A DNA stretch of 32,581 nucleotides from Candidatus Krumholzibacteriia bacterium. GTDB taxonomy: Bacteria; Krumholzibacteriota; Krumholzibacteriia; LZORAL124-64-63. Shown piece by piece: positions 1 through 8,575 of the stretch (the first letter of the stretch is position 1; every line of letters begins with the position of its first letter). The translations under genes were made by a program, and so were the position numbers. Under the pieces are notes generated by a model. It was not told the origin of the DNA. It was given only the letters and a program-made list of their open reading frames with translations, and made no database searches. The DNA lies in assembly GCA_046484865.1 (NCBI GenBank), contig JAWOID010000080.1, positions 1-32,581 on the forward strand. The letters run 5' to 3'.

Positions 1-101
1 ACCTCGCACACCCTCAGGGCGACGGTGGTCTTGCCCGATCCCGAGCCGCCGGCGATGCCGATGATCACGGTGGGAGGTGGCTGCTGCTCCGCGGGAATCA
101 T
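1..101 (-). CDS. udk: Uridine kinase, N-terminal fragment (runs off window start)
   Basis: Reverse complement from ATG at 101 reads MIPAEQQPPPTVIIGIAGGSGSGKTTVALRVCE. IIGIAGGSGSGKTT is the typical uridine-kinase P-loop. Divergent from a nucleoside transporter. Not in the ORF track (too short/partial). Confidence 0.8.
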   Translation of the reverse strand, partial: MIPAEQQPPPTVIIGIAGGSGSGKTTVALRVCE

Positions 102-108
102 GGCCGGT

Positions 109-137
109 AAAATACCCGCCACCCGCGGCGGTGTCAA
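109..137 (-). promoter_or_regulatory. sigma70-type promoter for udk
   Basis: Minus strand TTGACA (137-132), 17-nt spacer, TATTTT (114-109); ATG follows after 7 nt. Confidence 0.7.
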
Positions 138-325
138 TGCGACCACCGGCGTTCAGAATCTTCCTGGCCAGCGGGCCCCTGACGCCCCTAAGATCCTGCG
201 CCGATCGGGTTTCGCGGGCGGCGGAACCCTGCCCGGGCCCGCGCTGGCCGGAATCGGGCGCCGGCGGAGGCGTCCGGGGGCTCGCGGGACGTCCAGCCGA
301 CCAGCCACCTCAGCGGAGGACCAGC

Positions 326-1612
326 TTGCCTGCGAATCTCGTCTCGCTCCTGGGAGCCGTCGTCCTGCTGGGTCTCGCCTGGGCCGTCAGCCACGACCGG
401 CGGCACTTCCCCTGGCGAACGGCCTTCTGGGGCCTGGGCCTGCAGTTCGCCTTCGCGCTGCTGCTCCTGCGCACCCCCTGGGGCCAGGCAGCCTTCGGCA
501 CTGCCCGGGTGGTGGTGATCCGCCTGCTCTCGTTCACCGACGCGGGCACTCACTTCCTCTGGGGCAATCTGTTCCGCGGCAGCGCCGAGCTGGCCGAATC
601 GGCCGGGCCGGGCGCCATCGCCGGCTACGTCCAGGTGGTGGATTCGGCCACGGGCGATCTGGTGCCGCTGGGCACCGTGTTCGTCATCCACGTGCTGCCG
701 GTGATCATCTTCTTCTCCAGCCTGATGGCGCTGCTCTACCACCTGGGCGTGATGCAGTGGCTCATCCGCGGCATGGCCTGGGTGATGCAGCGGACGATGG
801 GGACCAGCGGCACCGAGAGCCTCTCGGCCGCGGCCAACGTGTTCGTGGGCCAGACTGAGGCGCCGCTGGTCGTGCGCCCCTACTTCGCCACCATGACCGC
901 CAGCGAGCTGATGGCGGTGATGACGGGCGGGTTCGCCACCGTGGCCGGCAGCGTCATGGCGGTGTACGTGCGCTTCGGCGTCGACGCGGGACACCTGCTG
1001 GCAGCGAGCGTCATGTCGGCGCCGGCAGCGCTGGTCATCGCCAAGATCATGCTGCCCGAGCGCGAGGTTTCGCCCACGCGCGGCGAGGTGAAGGTGGAGG
1101 TGAAGAGCGAGTACGCCAACGTGCTGGACGCCGCCGCGGGCGGCGCGGCGGTGGGCCTGCGGCTGGCCGCCAACGTGGGCGCCATGCTGCTGGCGTTCAT
1201 CGCCCTGGTGGCGCTGTTCAACTTCCTGCTGGGACTGGTGGGACTCTCGCTGCAGCAGATCTTCGGCTGGGTGTTCGCGCCGCTGGCCGTGGTCATGGGG
1301 GTGCCGTGGTCCGAGGCTCCGGCCTTCGGCAACCTGCTGGGAACGAAGATCGCGGTGAACGAACTCGTGGCGTACCTGGAGCTGATGGCGGCGAGCGAGT
1401 CGGGGGCACTCTCGGAGCGGAGTCTCGTGATCGGCACCTATGCGCTGTGCGGATTCGCCAACTTCTCGTCGATCGCGATCCAGATCGGCGGCATCGGCTC
1501 GCTGGCACCGGAGCGCCGCCGGGACGTGGCCCGGCTCGGCCTGCGGGCCATGTTCGGCGGCGCGCTGGCCTCGTGGCTCACCGCCACCGTGGCGGGAGCG
1601 CTGCTGCTATGA
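326..1612 (+). CDS. nupC: Concentrative nucleoside transporter (NupC/CNT family), 428 aa
   Basis: Motifs GTESLSAAANVFVGQTEAPL, MTGGFATVAGSV, GTKIAVNELVAY, YALCGFANFSSIAIQIGG. Start placed at TTG 326 after GGAGGA (315-320), in frame with ORF 77..1612. Confidence 0.93.
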   Translation: MPANLVSLLGAVVLLGLAWAVSHDRRHFPWRTAFWGLGLQFAFALLLLRTPWGQAAFGTARVVVIRLLSFTDAGTHFLWGNLFRGSAELAESAGPGAIAGYVQVVDSATGDLVPLGTVFVIHVLPVIIFFSSLMALLYHLGVMQWLIRGMAWVMQRTMGTSGTESLSAAANVFVGQTEAPLVVRPYFATMTASELMAVMTGGFATVAGSVMAVYVRFGVDAGHLLAASVMSAPAALVIAKIMLPEREVSPTRGEVKVEVKSEYANVLDAAAGGAAVGLRLAANVGAMLLAFIALVALFNFLLGLVGLSLQQIFGWVFAPLAVVMGVPWSEAPAFGNLLGTKIAVNELVAYLELMAASESGALSERSLVIGTYALCGFANFSSIAIQIGGIGSLAPERRRDVARLGLRAMFGGALASWLTATVAGALLL

Positions 1613-1655
1613 CCGTCGCGCCCGCGATGATGCTCGACATTCTACGAGGCACGTC

Positions 1656-2258
1656 CTACAGGTAGCGCCAGAGCACGTCGCGCACCGCGGGCAGACCGCC
1701 ACCCTTGCTGACGTGCACCGCAGCGCCCGCCTCGATCATGGCAGCCACGGTCTGCTTGTCGCTCTGCACGGAAAGGCCGATGACCACCAGCTCGGGCGTG
1801 TCGTGCTTCAGGCGACGCGTGGTCTCGATCCCGTCCATGCCGGGCAGGTTGATGTCCATGAACACCAGGTCGGGGGCCAGGTCGCGGCAGGTGGCGACGG
1901 CCTGCTCGCCCGACGCGACCTCGCCCACCACCTGCACCCCTTCCATGGTCTCCAGCACCGTGCGCAGGGCCAGGCGGTAGGGCGGCGAATCGTCCACCAC
2001 CAGGACCCGGCGCGGGTGTCCGCGCCGGGCGATCGGGGCCCGGCTCGCCCGAGCGGACGGTTCGGTTCCCCGGGGGCCTGCGTCGTGCCCGGCGTGCTTC
2101 TTCTCGTCCGTGGGGGAAGACTCGACGGCGGGATCGTCGCCGGGTCGGCCGGAGCGCCGCAGTGAGGTAGCGCGTTCGCTGCTCTCACCGGAGCGTCCGG
2201 TCCCGGCGGCATCGCCACTGCCGATCATCAGGTTGTCGATGTCACGGTTGCTTGCCAT
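1656..2258 (-). CDS. Stand-alone response-regulator receiver protein with disordered N-terminal extension, 200 aa
   Basis: NarL-like REC motifs VLVVDD, LVFMDINLPGMDG, GLS, HVSKG; no output domain. ATG 2258 preceded by GGGAGCGAGG; start uncertain. Confidence 0.85.
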   Translation of the reverse strand: MASNRDIDNLMIGSGDAAGTGRSGESSERATSLRRSGRPGDDPAVESSPTDEKKHAGHDAGPRGTEPSARASRAPIARRGHPRRVLVVDDSPPYRLALRTVLETMEGVQVVGEVASGEQAVATCRDLAPDLVFMDINLPGMDGIETTRRLKHDTPELVVIGLSVQSDKQTVAAMIEAGAAVHVSKGGGLPAVRDVLWRYL

Positions 2259-2326
2259 GTCCTCGCTCCCGGGGCGGAGTCGACGTCCTTGTCGCACGCA
2301 CTCTGCTCCGCTCGTTCGTGGTCGCT

Positions 2327-2764
2327 TCACCGGGCCTCGACAGCCTGCCAGGCGTGATCGACCGCCTGCTCGAGATCCTGCAGCGAGTGCTGGGCGTCCA
2401 GGCGGGCCCGCTCCCACTCCTGCTCGCCGGCATCGGCGAGACGGGCGAGCCGCTCGCCGGCCTGCCGCTGCTGCTCCCGAAGGTCATTGAGCGTGTCACG
2501 GAGCGCCGTCTGGAACTCCGCGCCGGCGGCCTCGCCGGCGACCTCGATCTGCCGGGACAGTTCGCCGATGCGCTCGTCCAGGCGGGCGTACTCCCGCTCC
2601 ATCTCGTTCAAGACCTGGGTGCGCTCCTGATCGACCGCCGGCTGCGTGCGGTCCTGCTCGAGTTCTTCCTCGGTGTAGGCATCGTCCTGTTCGCCTCCAC
2701 AGCCCGGCACCGCCAGCAGCAAGCCGGCCGCAAGGACCATCGATGCGGGTATGATGTAGCGCAT
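2327..2764 (-). CDS. Coiled-coil lipoprotein, function unknown, 145 aa
   Basis: Hydrophobic signal peptide ending LAVPGC (lipobox-like), E/Q/A-rich helical body, RBS AAGGGAG upstream. Confidence 0.8.
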   Translation of the reverse strand: MRYIIPASMVLAAGLLLAVPGCGGEQDDAYTEEELEQDRTQPAVDQERTQVLNEMEREYARLDERIGELSRQIEVAGEAAGAEFQTALRDTLNDLREQQRQAGERLARLADAGEQEWERARLDAQHSLQDLEQAVDHAWQAVEAR

Positions 2765-3053
2765 CCTTCGGTTCTCCCTTCACTCGGACTGCGGCTGTCC
2801 TTGCCGGGGGTCGAGACCGTCCTGCGGGTAGCGAGGCCGGCGCCGGTGGAATGGGGGCGACTGGGGCAGCCCGCCATCGAGAGGATCCGGGGGTCAGAAG
2901 CATCCTCGCACCGACGCCGGCACGCTTCGCAGATGGTTCTCGGTCCTTCTAGCTGGGGGGCCTCATGGGCCGGGAACCTCTGCTCGCTGTCTCGCTCTGG
3001 TGGAGCACGATAGACCCAGACGGAGATGCGGCCCATGGGGGACACCACTCCAG

Positions 3054-3080
3054 CACCCCTCAGGTCGAACCTGAGGGGTG
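3054..3080. promoter_or_regulatory. Perfect 12-bp inverted repeat (terminator-like hairpin or dimeric regulator site)
   Basis: CACCCCTCAGGT-cga-ACCTGAGGGGTG, downstream of the NarL-type gene and upstream of the lipoprotein gene; no U-tract. Confidence 0.5.
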
Positions 3081-3153
3081 AACGGCATGAGTCCGTCGAG
3101 ATGACGGCTCCAGCGGCCGCTGGAGCCGGTGCCGCGGCGGCGAGCGCCGCCGT

Positions 3154-3852
3154 CTACTCGTTGCTCATCACCCACTGGAACGCGCGCTGCAGCAACTCCA
3201 CGTTCTTGTGCAGGCCGAGCTTCCGCTTGATGTTCTCGCGATGGGTTTCCACCGTCTTGACGCTGAGGTTCAGACGATCTGCGACCTCGCGCGTGCTCAG
3301 CCCGCGCCCGAGCGCCTCGAACACCTCGAGCTCGCGGTCGGAGAGGTCGGCCGGCGACGGCAGGCCGTCCTCCGCGGCGCCGCGCAAACGGCGGTCCACG
3401 ATGGCCTCGGTCATGCGGGCGCTGAGATGGATCTTGCCGCGCTTCACCTGGTCGATGGCGTCGCAGAGCGTGTCGAGCCCCTCGCTCTTGCTCACGTACC
3501 CCGAAGCCCCCGCCCGGATGACCCGCTCGGCGAAGAGCATCTCGTCGTGCATGGAGTAGACGAGCATGCGCACCGCGTCGAACCGCGACCGGATCTGCTT
3601 GATGAGTTCGAGACCGCTGCCGTCCGCCAGCGAGATGTCGATGAGCAGCAGGTTGGGGTGGTGCTTCTCGACGAGATCGATGGCCGTCGCCGGATCACCG
3701 GCCTCGCCGCAGATCTCCAGGTCCGGTCGGCCGGCGAGGAAAGCCACCAGTCCCTGCCGCACGGCCGGATGATCGTCGACGACTCCGATGCGCGTCCGCT
3801 CACCCGGCCGGAGCGATCCGGACCCGGCATCCTTGCGTTCTGGCTGGCTCAT
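3154..3852 (-). CDS. NarL/FixJ-family response regulator (REC + LuxR HTH), 232 aa
   Basis: VVDDHPAVRQG, LLLIDISL, YSMH, GYVSK; HTH LSDRELEVFEALGRGLSTREVADRLNLSVKTVETHRENIKRKLG. Start at ATG 3852 (alternative 3867). Confidence 0.93.
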   Translation of the reverse strand: MSQPERKDAGSGSLRPGERTRIGVVDDHPAVRQGLVAFLAGRPDLEICGEAGDPATAIDLVEKHHPNLLLIDISLADGSGLELIKQIRSRFDAVRMLVYSMHDEMLFAERVIRAGASGYVSKSEGLDTLCDAIDQVKRGKIHLSARMTEAIVDRRLRGAAEDGLPSPADLSDRELEVFEALGRGLSTREVADRLNLSVKTVETHRENIKRKLGLHKNVELLQRAFQWVMSNE

Positions 3853-4171
3853 GGAACTCTCTCTCATCGCTTCGGGGAGCAGCCCCTCCGCAGGCGCATT
3901 CCGTGGCTGGCGGCTTCCGCGAGCCCGGCGTGAGCGTCTGCGGCACCCGGATTCTCTCGCCGCCAAGATAGCATAGATCCGCGATCTGCGACAGCCTCTT
4001 GCCAAGTCGAAGGGGTCGCCGAGCGGGTCGGCGTTGGCGTTGGCTCCATCGCCCCGCCGTGCCTAACTTGGGCAGCGGACGAGCCGGGATGTTCCGGTGC
4101 GACATTCCCTGGAGCCGCCGGCCCAGGCTGCTTCGCCGCTTCGCCGCTTGGAAGAACCGCCGGGAGCGACC

Positions 4172-6700
4172 GTGCCCGCCAGCACGCCCGAAGCCCGCAA
4201 CGACGCGGCTCAACCCTCCAGGGGGTTTCATCAGGCCCGCTATCTTCCCCTGATCCACGTGGCCGCGGTGGCCGTCCTCCTCCTTCGCGACCCCGACCTG
4301 AGCGCATGGCCGGCGTCCCTCGTGACCGCGTTCGACGCTCTCTTCCTGGTTCTCCTGCCCGTGCTGGTGGCCGCCCTGGCGATCCATGGATTCCTCTCGG
4401 CCGGGCACTTCCCCATCCTGCTGCTGGGGGCGGCGCTGATGAGCCAGGCGTGCGCGGCGGTGGCGGCGGCCGCGCTGGCGACATCGCCCGCGACCGCCGG
4501 CGGCGCGGCGCTGCTGCTGGCTGCGGGCCTGTGCCTCGCGGGCTATCTCCATCTGGCCCATGTGATTGCGTCGCTGGATGCCGGCCTGCACGCCCCGAGG
4601 GGCTGGCGTCGCGCGGCCGCGGCGCTGGCGCTGTTCGCGGTCGTGGTCGCTGCGGTGGCTGCGGCGACGGTGTTCGCGGGAGGAGGGCTGCCGGCCGGAG
4701 AATCGCCGATATCGGCAACACCGTCCGTCGCGCCACCGGTTGCAGCGCCCGGGGCATCGCCCGGGACATCCCCTGGGACATCGCCCGGGACATCCATGCT
4801 GGGCCTGTACCGGCTGCTGCTGGCGACGGCGCTGCTGGCGTTCGTGGCGGCCAGCGCCGGCGCCTGGATCCTGCGCCGCCGCGCCAGCAGCGTCTTCTTC
4901 CGCTGGTACGCCCTCGCACTCGTCCTGCACGCACTGGGCAGCGCCACGAGCCTGCTGGCCACCGGCGGTCCGGCCGCACTGTCGGCTGCCGCGCGGGCGG
5001 CACACTACGGAGGGGCGGCGTGCGTCCTGGTGGCCGTGGTGCAAGCCGCCGCGGCGTATCAGCGCCAGGGTATGCCCCTGCTCCAGGCGCTCGCGCTGTT
5101 CCTGAACGAGACCGGGATCGTGTACCGGACCCTGGTGGATACGGCCAGCGACGCCATCGTGGCCCTCGACGGGAACGGGCGCCTTCGCTACTGGAACGCC
5201 GCTGCCGAGCGCCTCTTCGGCCGGCGGTACGACGAGTTGCTGGGCCGTCCGGTCGAGTTGCTCGCAGCGCCGGGTCACCATGCCAGCGCCCTGCGCGACG
5301 CGATGAGCCGCTTGCTCGCCGAGCCCGGCACCGGGGATGCGACGCGGCGGCTCGAGACCCTGCTGCGCAGCCGCGGCGGTCGCGTGTTCTCGGCGGAGAT
5401 GGTGCTGCTGGTGCGGCGATCCGCACCCGGCATGCACGTGGCGGTGGTCACGGACATCAGCGAACGCAAGGAGACCGAACGCGCGCTGCGTGCCGACTTG
5501 CAGCGCGAGCGCCTCCGCGCCGGCGAGTTGCAGCGCCTGTGCCTCGCGCTCACCGAGGCGGAGCAGCGCGAGCGACGCCACTACGCCGAGGTCATCAGCG
5601 AAGACCTGCAACAGATGCTGGTCGGAGCCAAGATCCACCTGAGCCATCTGCTCGGGCACACGACCAACGGGACCAGCGCCCTGCTGCAGAGCCGGGCGCT
5701 CGATCTGCTCAACGACGCCATCCACTCCACGCGTCTGCTCAGCACCGAGCTGAGCCCCGGCGTACTGCAGCGCGGGGGGTTGCCGGCAGGGCTGCGCTGG
5801 CTGGGAGCGGCGTTCCAGGAGAGGTTCGGGCTGCGTGTGGAGGTGAACGCCGATCAGGAAGCCGACGCGTCGGAGCGCATCCGCTTGCTCCTCTTCACCG
5901 CCACTCGCGAACTGCTCGGAAACGTCGTGCAGCACGCCCGCGCGCAGCGCGTGCAGGTGGACCTCGCCCGGTCGGGCGATCGGCTGCGCATCGCCGTCAC
6001 CGACCACGGCGTGGGCTGCCCCCCGGCGCGCATGCTGGCGCCCCGCGCCGACAGCCGCAGCGGCTATGGCCTGTTCAGCATCGCGCAACGACTGGATGCG
6101 ATCGGCGGCCGGCTGGAACTCGAGCAGCCGCCCGGCGGAGGAACGCGGGTGGTCATGACCGCACCCGCGGCAGCGCCGAAGCTGCCGGCCGCCAGCGAGG
6201 TGCCTGCGGCCGCGCTGGCCGCGACGACCATGCCGGCGGCTGTCCACGCCGGCCCGCGGGTTCGCCACGCGGCGCGGCGCGAGTTCACGATCCTGGTCGT
6301 GGATGACCACGAGATCCTGCGCGACGGGATCATGCGCCTGCTGAACGACGAACCCGACCTGCGGGTGGTCGGTCAGGCCGGAGGTTCGGACGAGGCGCTG
6401 AGCCTGGCGGACGGGCTGCGTCCGGACGTGGTGGTGCTCGACGTCGCCATGGAGCAGCCGCTCAGCGGCGTCAAGGTGGCGGCGCAGCTCACTGCTCGCC
6501 GGCCCGAGACGGTGGTGATCGGATTGACCATGCACGATGATCCCGCGGTGGCTGCAGCGATGCGCTCGGCCGGTGCTCGTCGCTGCCTGACGAAGGGCGG
6601 GCCGGGCGAAGAGCTCGTACAGGCCATCCGCGAGGCCTGCGGCCAGCCCGAAGCCGAGTCGCGCGAGGTCGATATCAGGCGGGCGGCGCCCCTCCCCTGA
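4172..6700 (+). CDS. Membrane-bound hybrid sensor (multi-TM, PAS, HisKA_3-like DHp, HATPase, REC), about 842 aa
   Basis: Many TM segments; PAS (DAIVALDGNGRLRYWNAAAERLFG...VTDISERK); N-box RELLGNVVQHA; G-boxes DHGVG and GYGL; C-terminal REC (VVDDH, VLDVAM, LTKG). GTG 4172 follows GGGAG; start uncertain. Confidence 0.88.
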   Translation: MPASTPEARNDAAQPSRGFHQARYLPLIHVAAVAVLLLRDPDLSAWPASLVTAFDALFLVLLPVLVAALAIHGFLSAGHFPILLLGAALMSQACAAVAAAALATSPATAGGAALLLAAGLCLAGYLHLAHVIASLDAGLHAPRGWRRAAAALALFAVVVAAVAAATVFAGGGLPAGESPISATPSVAPPVAAPGASPGTSPGTSPGTSMLGLYRLLLATALLAFVAASAGAWILRRRASSVFFRWYALALVLHALGSATSLLATGGPAALSAAARAAHYGGAACVLVAVVQAAAAYQRQGMPLLQALALFLNETGIVYRTLVDTASDAIVALDGNGRLRYWNAAAERLFGRRYDELLGRPVELLAAPGHHASALRDAMSRLLAEPGTGDATRRLETLLRSRGGRVFSAEMVLLVRRSAPGMHVAVVTDISERKETERALRADLQRERLRAGELQRLCLALTEAEQRERRHYAEVISEDLQQMLVGAKIHLSHLLGHTTNGTSALLQSRALDLLNDAIHSTRLLSTELSPGVLQRGGLPAGLRWLGAAFQERFGLRVEVNADQEADASERIRLLLFTATRELLGNVVQHARAQRVQVDLARSGDRLRIAVTDHGVGCPPARMLAPRADSRSGYGLFSIAQRLDAIGGRLELEQPPGGGTRVVMTAPAAAPKLPAASEVPAAALAATTMPAAVHAGPRVRHAARREFTILVVDDHEILRDGIMRLLNDEPDLRVVGQAGGSDEALSLADGLRPDVVVLDVAMEQPLSGVKVAAQLTARRPETVVIGLTMHDDPAVAAAMRSAGARRCLTKGGPGEELVQAIREACGQPEAESREVDIRRAAPLP
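4748..4795 (+). repeat. In-frame 12-bp tandem repeat x4 encoding PGAS-PGTS-PGTS-PGTS
   Basis: cccggggcatcg cccgggacatcc cctgggacatcg cccgggacatcc, in a loop between TM segments of the hybrid sensor. Confidence 0.8.
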
Positions 6701-6746
6701 GGATCATGCTCGGCGCCGCTTCCTGAAAATCATCGCTCACGCGAAC

Positions 6747-6834
6747 GGCGCCGCGCCCTTCCGGGACGCGGCGCCTCGTGCTCCTGGGTATCGTCGAAGG
6801 GCTCGCCCGGGCGCCTCGTCGGCGCGCCGGGCGA
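6747..6834. terminator. Two GC-rich hairpins between convergent genes
   Basis: GGCGCCGCGCCC-ttcc-GGG(A)CGCGGCGCC (6747-6775) and TCGCCCGG...CCGGGCGA (6803-6834); no strong U-tracts. Confidence 0.45.
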
Positions 6835-6861
6835 CCCGGGGAACGGGAACGTCAGCGCTGA

Positions 6862-8364
6862 TCACCGTCGGTCGCTGCTGCCGCTGAATCCGCTGCCGTC
6901 GTCGTTCGTCCCGCTATCGGACATCGGCACGAAGTAGACGACCTCCCAGTAGGTGGGACACGCCGCCCGGTCGTGGATGTCGACGGCCGCCTGTCGGTCC
7001 TCCAGACGATCGATGTCGCCCCTGAAAGCGAGACTCGACATGGCGGAATGATCGACGTTCAGGATGATCCGTTCATTGCTGAGATTCACCGCGTGCCACG
7101 GGATGGCGACCAGCTCGATGTCATCGTCGTAGAGGTGGTCCTCGGCGTAGTCGTCGTCCACCTCCACGATGATGTAGGCGAGCGCTCCGGCATGGGTGTC
7201 CACGAGGATCTCGTCCACCTCGCCGACCTTCACGCCCCGGTTGATCACGTCGGTATCCTCGAGCTCCGTGATCTTGCGCTTCTCGATGTCGCGAGTGTAC
7301 CGCTGGCCTTGCCGGTCGCTGCCGGCGGCGTACCGCCTGTCCATCCGCTCGCGAGGATACGAGCGCTCGGCGGTGCTGCGCAGGCGGCTCCGCCGATCCT
7401 GCTGCATCCGGTCGATGTCCATGCGGCCTTCGTTCCGGTCCGGGTCCATCCGGTCAGTCTGGTAATCCATCCAGTCGAACTGCGTGTCCTCCGTGCCGTA
7501 TTCGAGGTACCAGAGGTTGGCCTCGCGATCCTCCCAGCGCTGCCGCTGGTCGGTGCGCTCGCTGCCGGTCCAGGACCGGCCGGCGGTCTGTCGGGTCTGC
7601 CGCCCTGCCCGGTCGTACGCCGGCGGAGACAGCGAACTCCATTCGTCCTCCGCGCGGCGCCAGTCACGCCGTGCGCTCCGGTCGCGCCGGGCGTCGATGG
7701 CCCCGGCCTGATCGTACAGGGGCATGTCCCGATCCCGGCCGCGCCAGGTGGACTCGCTGCGGGTCGTCCGACCGTAGCGGTAGGGATCCTCCTGCTGATA
7801 GTCGCCCACGTGGTCGTAGACAGGCATCTCGTAGGACCAGCTGGCGTGCTCGCGTCGCCAGCCGAGATCCCGGTCCTCGGTGGTACGGAACGCGGTGAAG
7901 ACGCGATCGGTCCATCGCGCGTCGGCCACGTCGGGCCAGTCGTCGTCATCGAAGCCCTGGGCCCTGGCGAGTTGCTCCTCGCTGACGTTGAGCAACGGCA
8001 CCGGATCGCCGTCGTGATCGGTGTACACCTTGAAGGCGCCCCACGGAATGGCGTGCAGATCATCGTCGAGGTCGAGGAAGCGGGCGAACTCGACCACGGC
8101 GTACGAGATCGTGTGGCGATCGGGGTCGAGGACGATCTCCTCGATCTCGCCCAGCTTCTCGCCGTGCCGGTTCACGACCTTCGCACCCACGAGCTTGCCG
8201 ACGCGATGGAGCTGAGGCTGGAACGAGTCCTCGGCGCTCTGCCACTGGGCGCGGGTGGCCGAGGTACGCTTCTGTGCGTCGAGGCCGGGACCGGCCAGCG
8301 CGACGGCCGCGAGCAGCGTCAGAACGGCTGCGGTGGCCACCACGGTTTGCCAGCGTCTGGACAT
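6862..8364 (-). CDS. Secreted protein with two PRC-barrel domains and a long R/D-rich linker, 500 aa
   Basis: Signal peptide. PRC motif 1: KLVGAKVVNRHGEKLGEIEEIVLD...YAVV...AIPW. PRC motif 2: DVINRGVKVGEVDEILVD...AYIIV...VAIPW. RBS GGGAGG. Confidence 0.85.
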   Translation of the reverse strand: MSRRWQTVVATAAVLTLLAAVALAGPGLDAQKRTSATRAQWQSAEDSFQPQLHRVGKLVGAKVVNRHGEKLGEIEEIVLDPDRHTISYAVVEFARFLDLDDDLHAIPWGAFKVYTDHDGDPVPLLNVSEEQLARAQGFDDDDWPDVADARWTDRVFTAFRTTEDRDLGWRREHASWSYEMPVYDHVGDYQQEDPYRYGRTTRSESTWRGRDRDMPLYDQAGAIDARRDRSARRDWRRAEDEWSSLSPPAYDRAGRQTRQTAGRSWTGSERTDQRQRWEDREANLWYLEYGTEDTQFDWMDYQTDRMDPDRNEGRMDIDRMQQDRRSRLRSTAERSYPRERMDRRYAAGSDRQGQRYTRDIEKRKITELEDTDVINRGVKVGEVDEILVDTHAGALAYIIVEVDDDYAEDHLYDDDIELVAIPWHAVNLSNERIILNVDHSAMSSLAFRGDIDRLEDRQAAVDIHDRAACPTYWEVVYFVPMSDSGTNDDGSGFSGSSDRR

Positions 8365-8575
8365 GGCTAACCTCCCGGGAATGGATCGTGACCGCCGGCC
8401 GGCGGCCGCGTGAATGCCCAGGAGGCAACCTACGATCGACCCGCAGCTGCTGGTATGGGGAGGGGCCGTGGAGCGCGATCGGGCCGGCCCCCACGCAACC
8501 CGTCAAGGCAGGCGGGCACCGCCGCTGCCGGCGAGGTGCCCGCCGGACTCGGCGGGACCGCGGGGTCCACTCCGC

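Noticed and set aside
2765..3053. Small gene or known riboswitch in the long intergenic gap
   Set aside because: No ORF with a convincing SD and coding pattern, and no RNA family I can recognise by eye; an Rfam search would be needed.
3800..6535. Long antisense/alternate-frame ORFs (e.g. 3800..6535 -, 13450..15501 -, 14211..16859 +, 20935..23004 +, 23527..25824 +, 27028..29292 +, 27719..30001 -)
   Set aside because: Shadow frames of real genes caused by stop-codon scarcity at high GC; R/P/G/A-rich with no family motifs.
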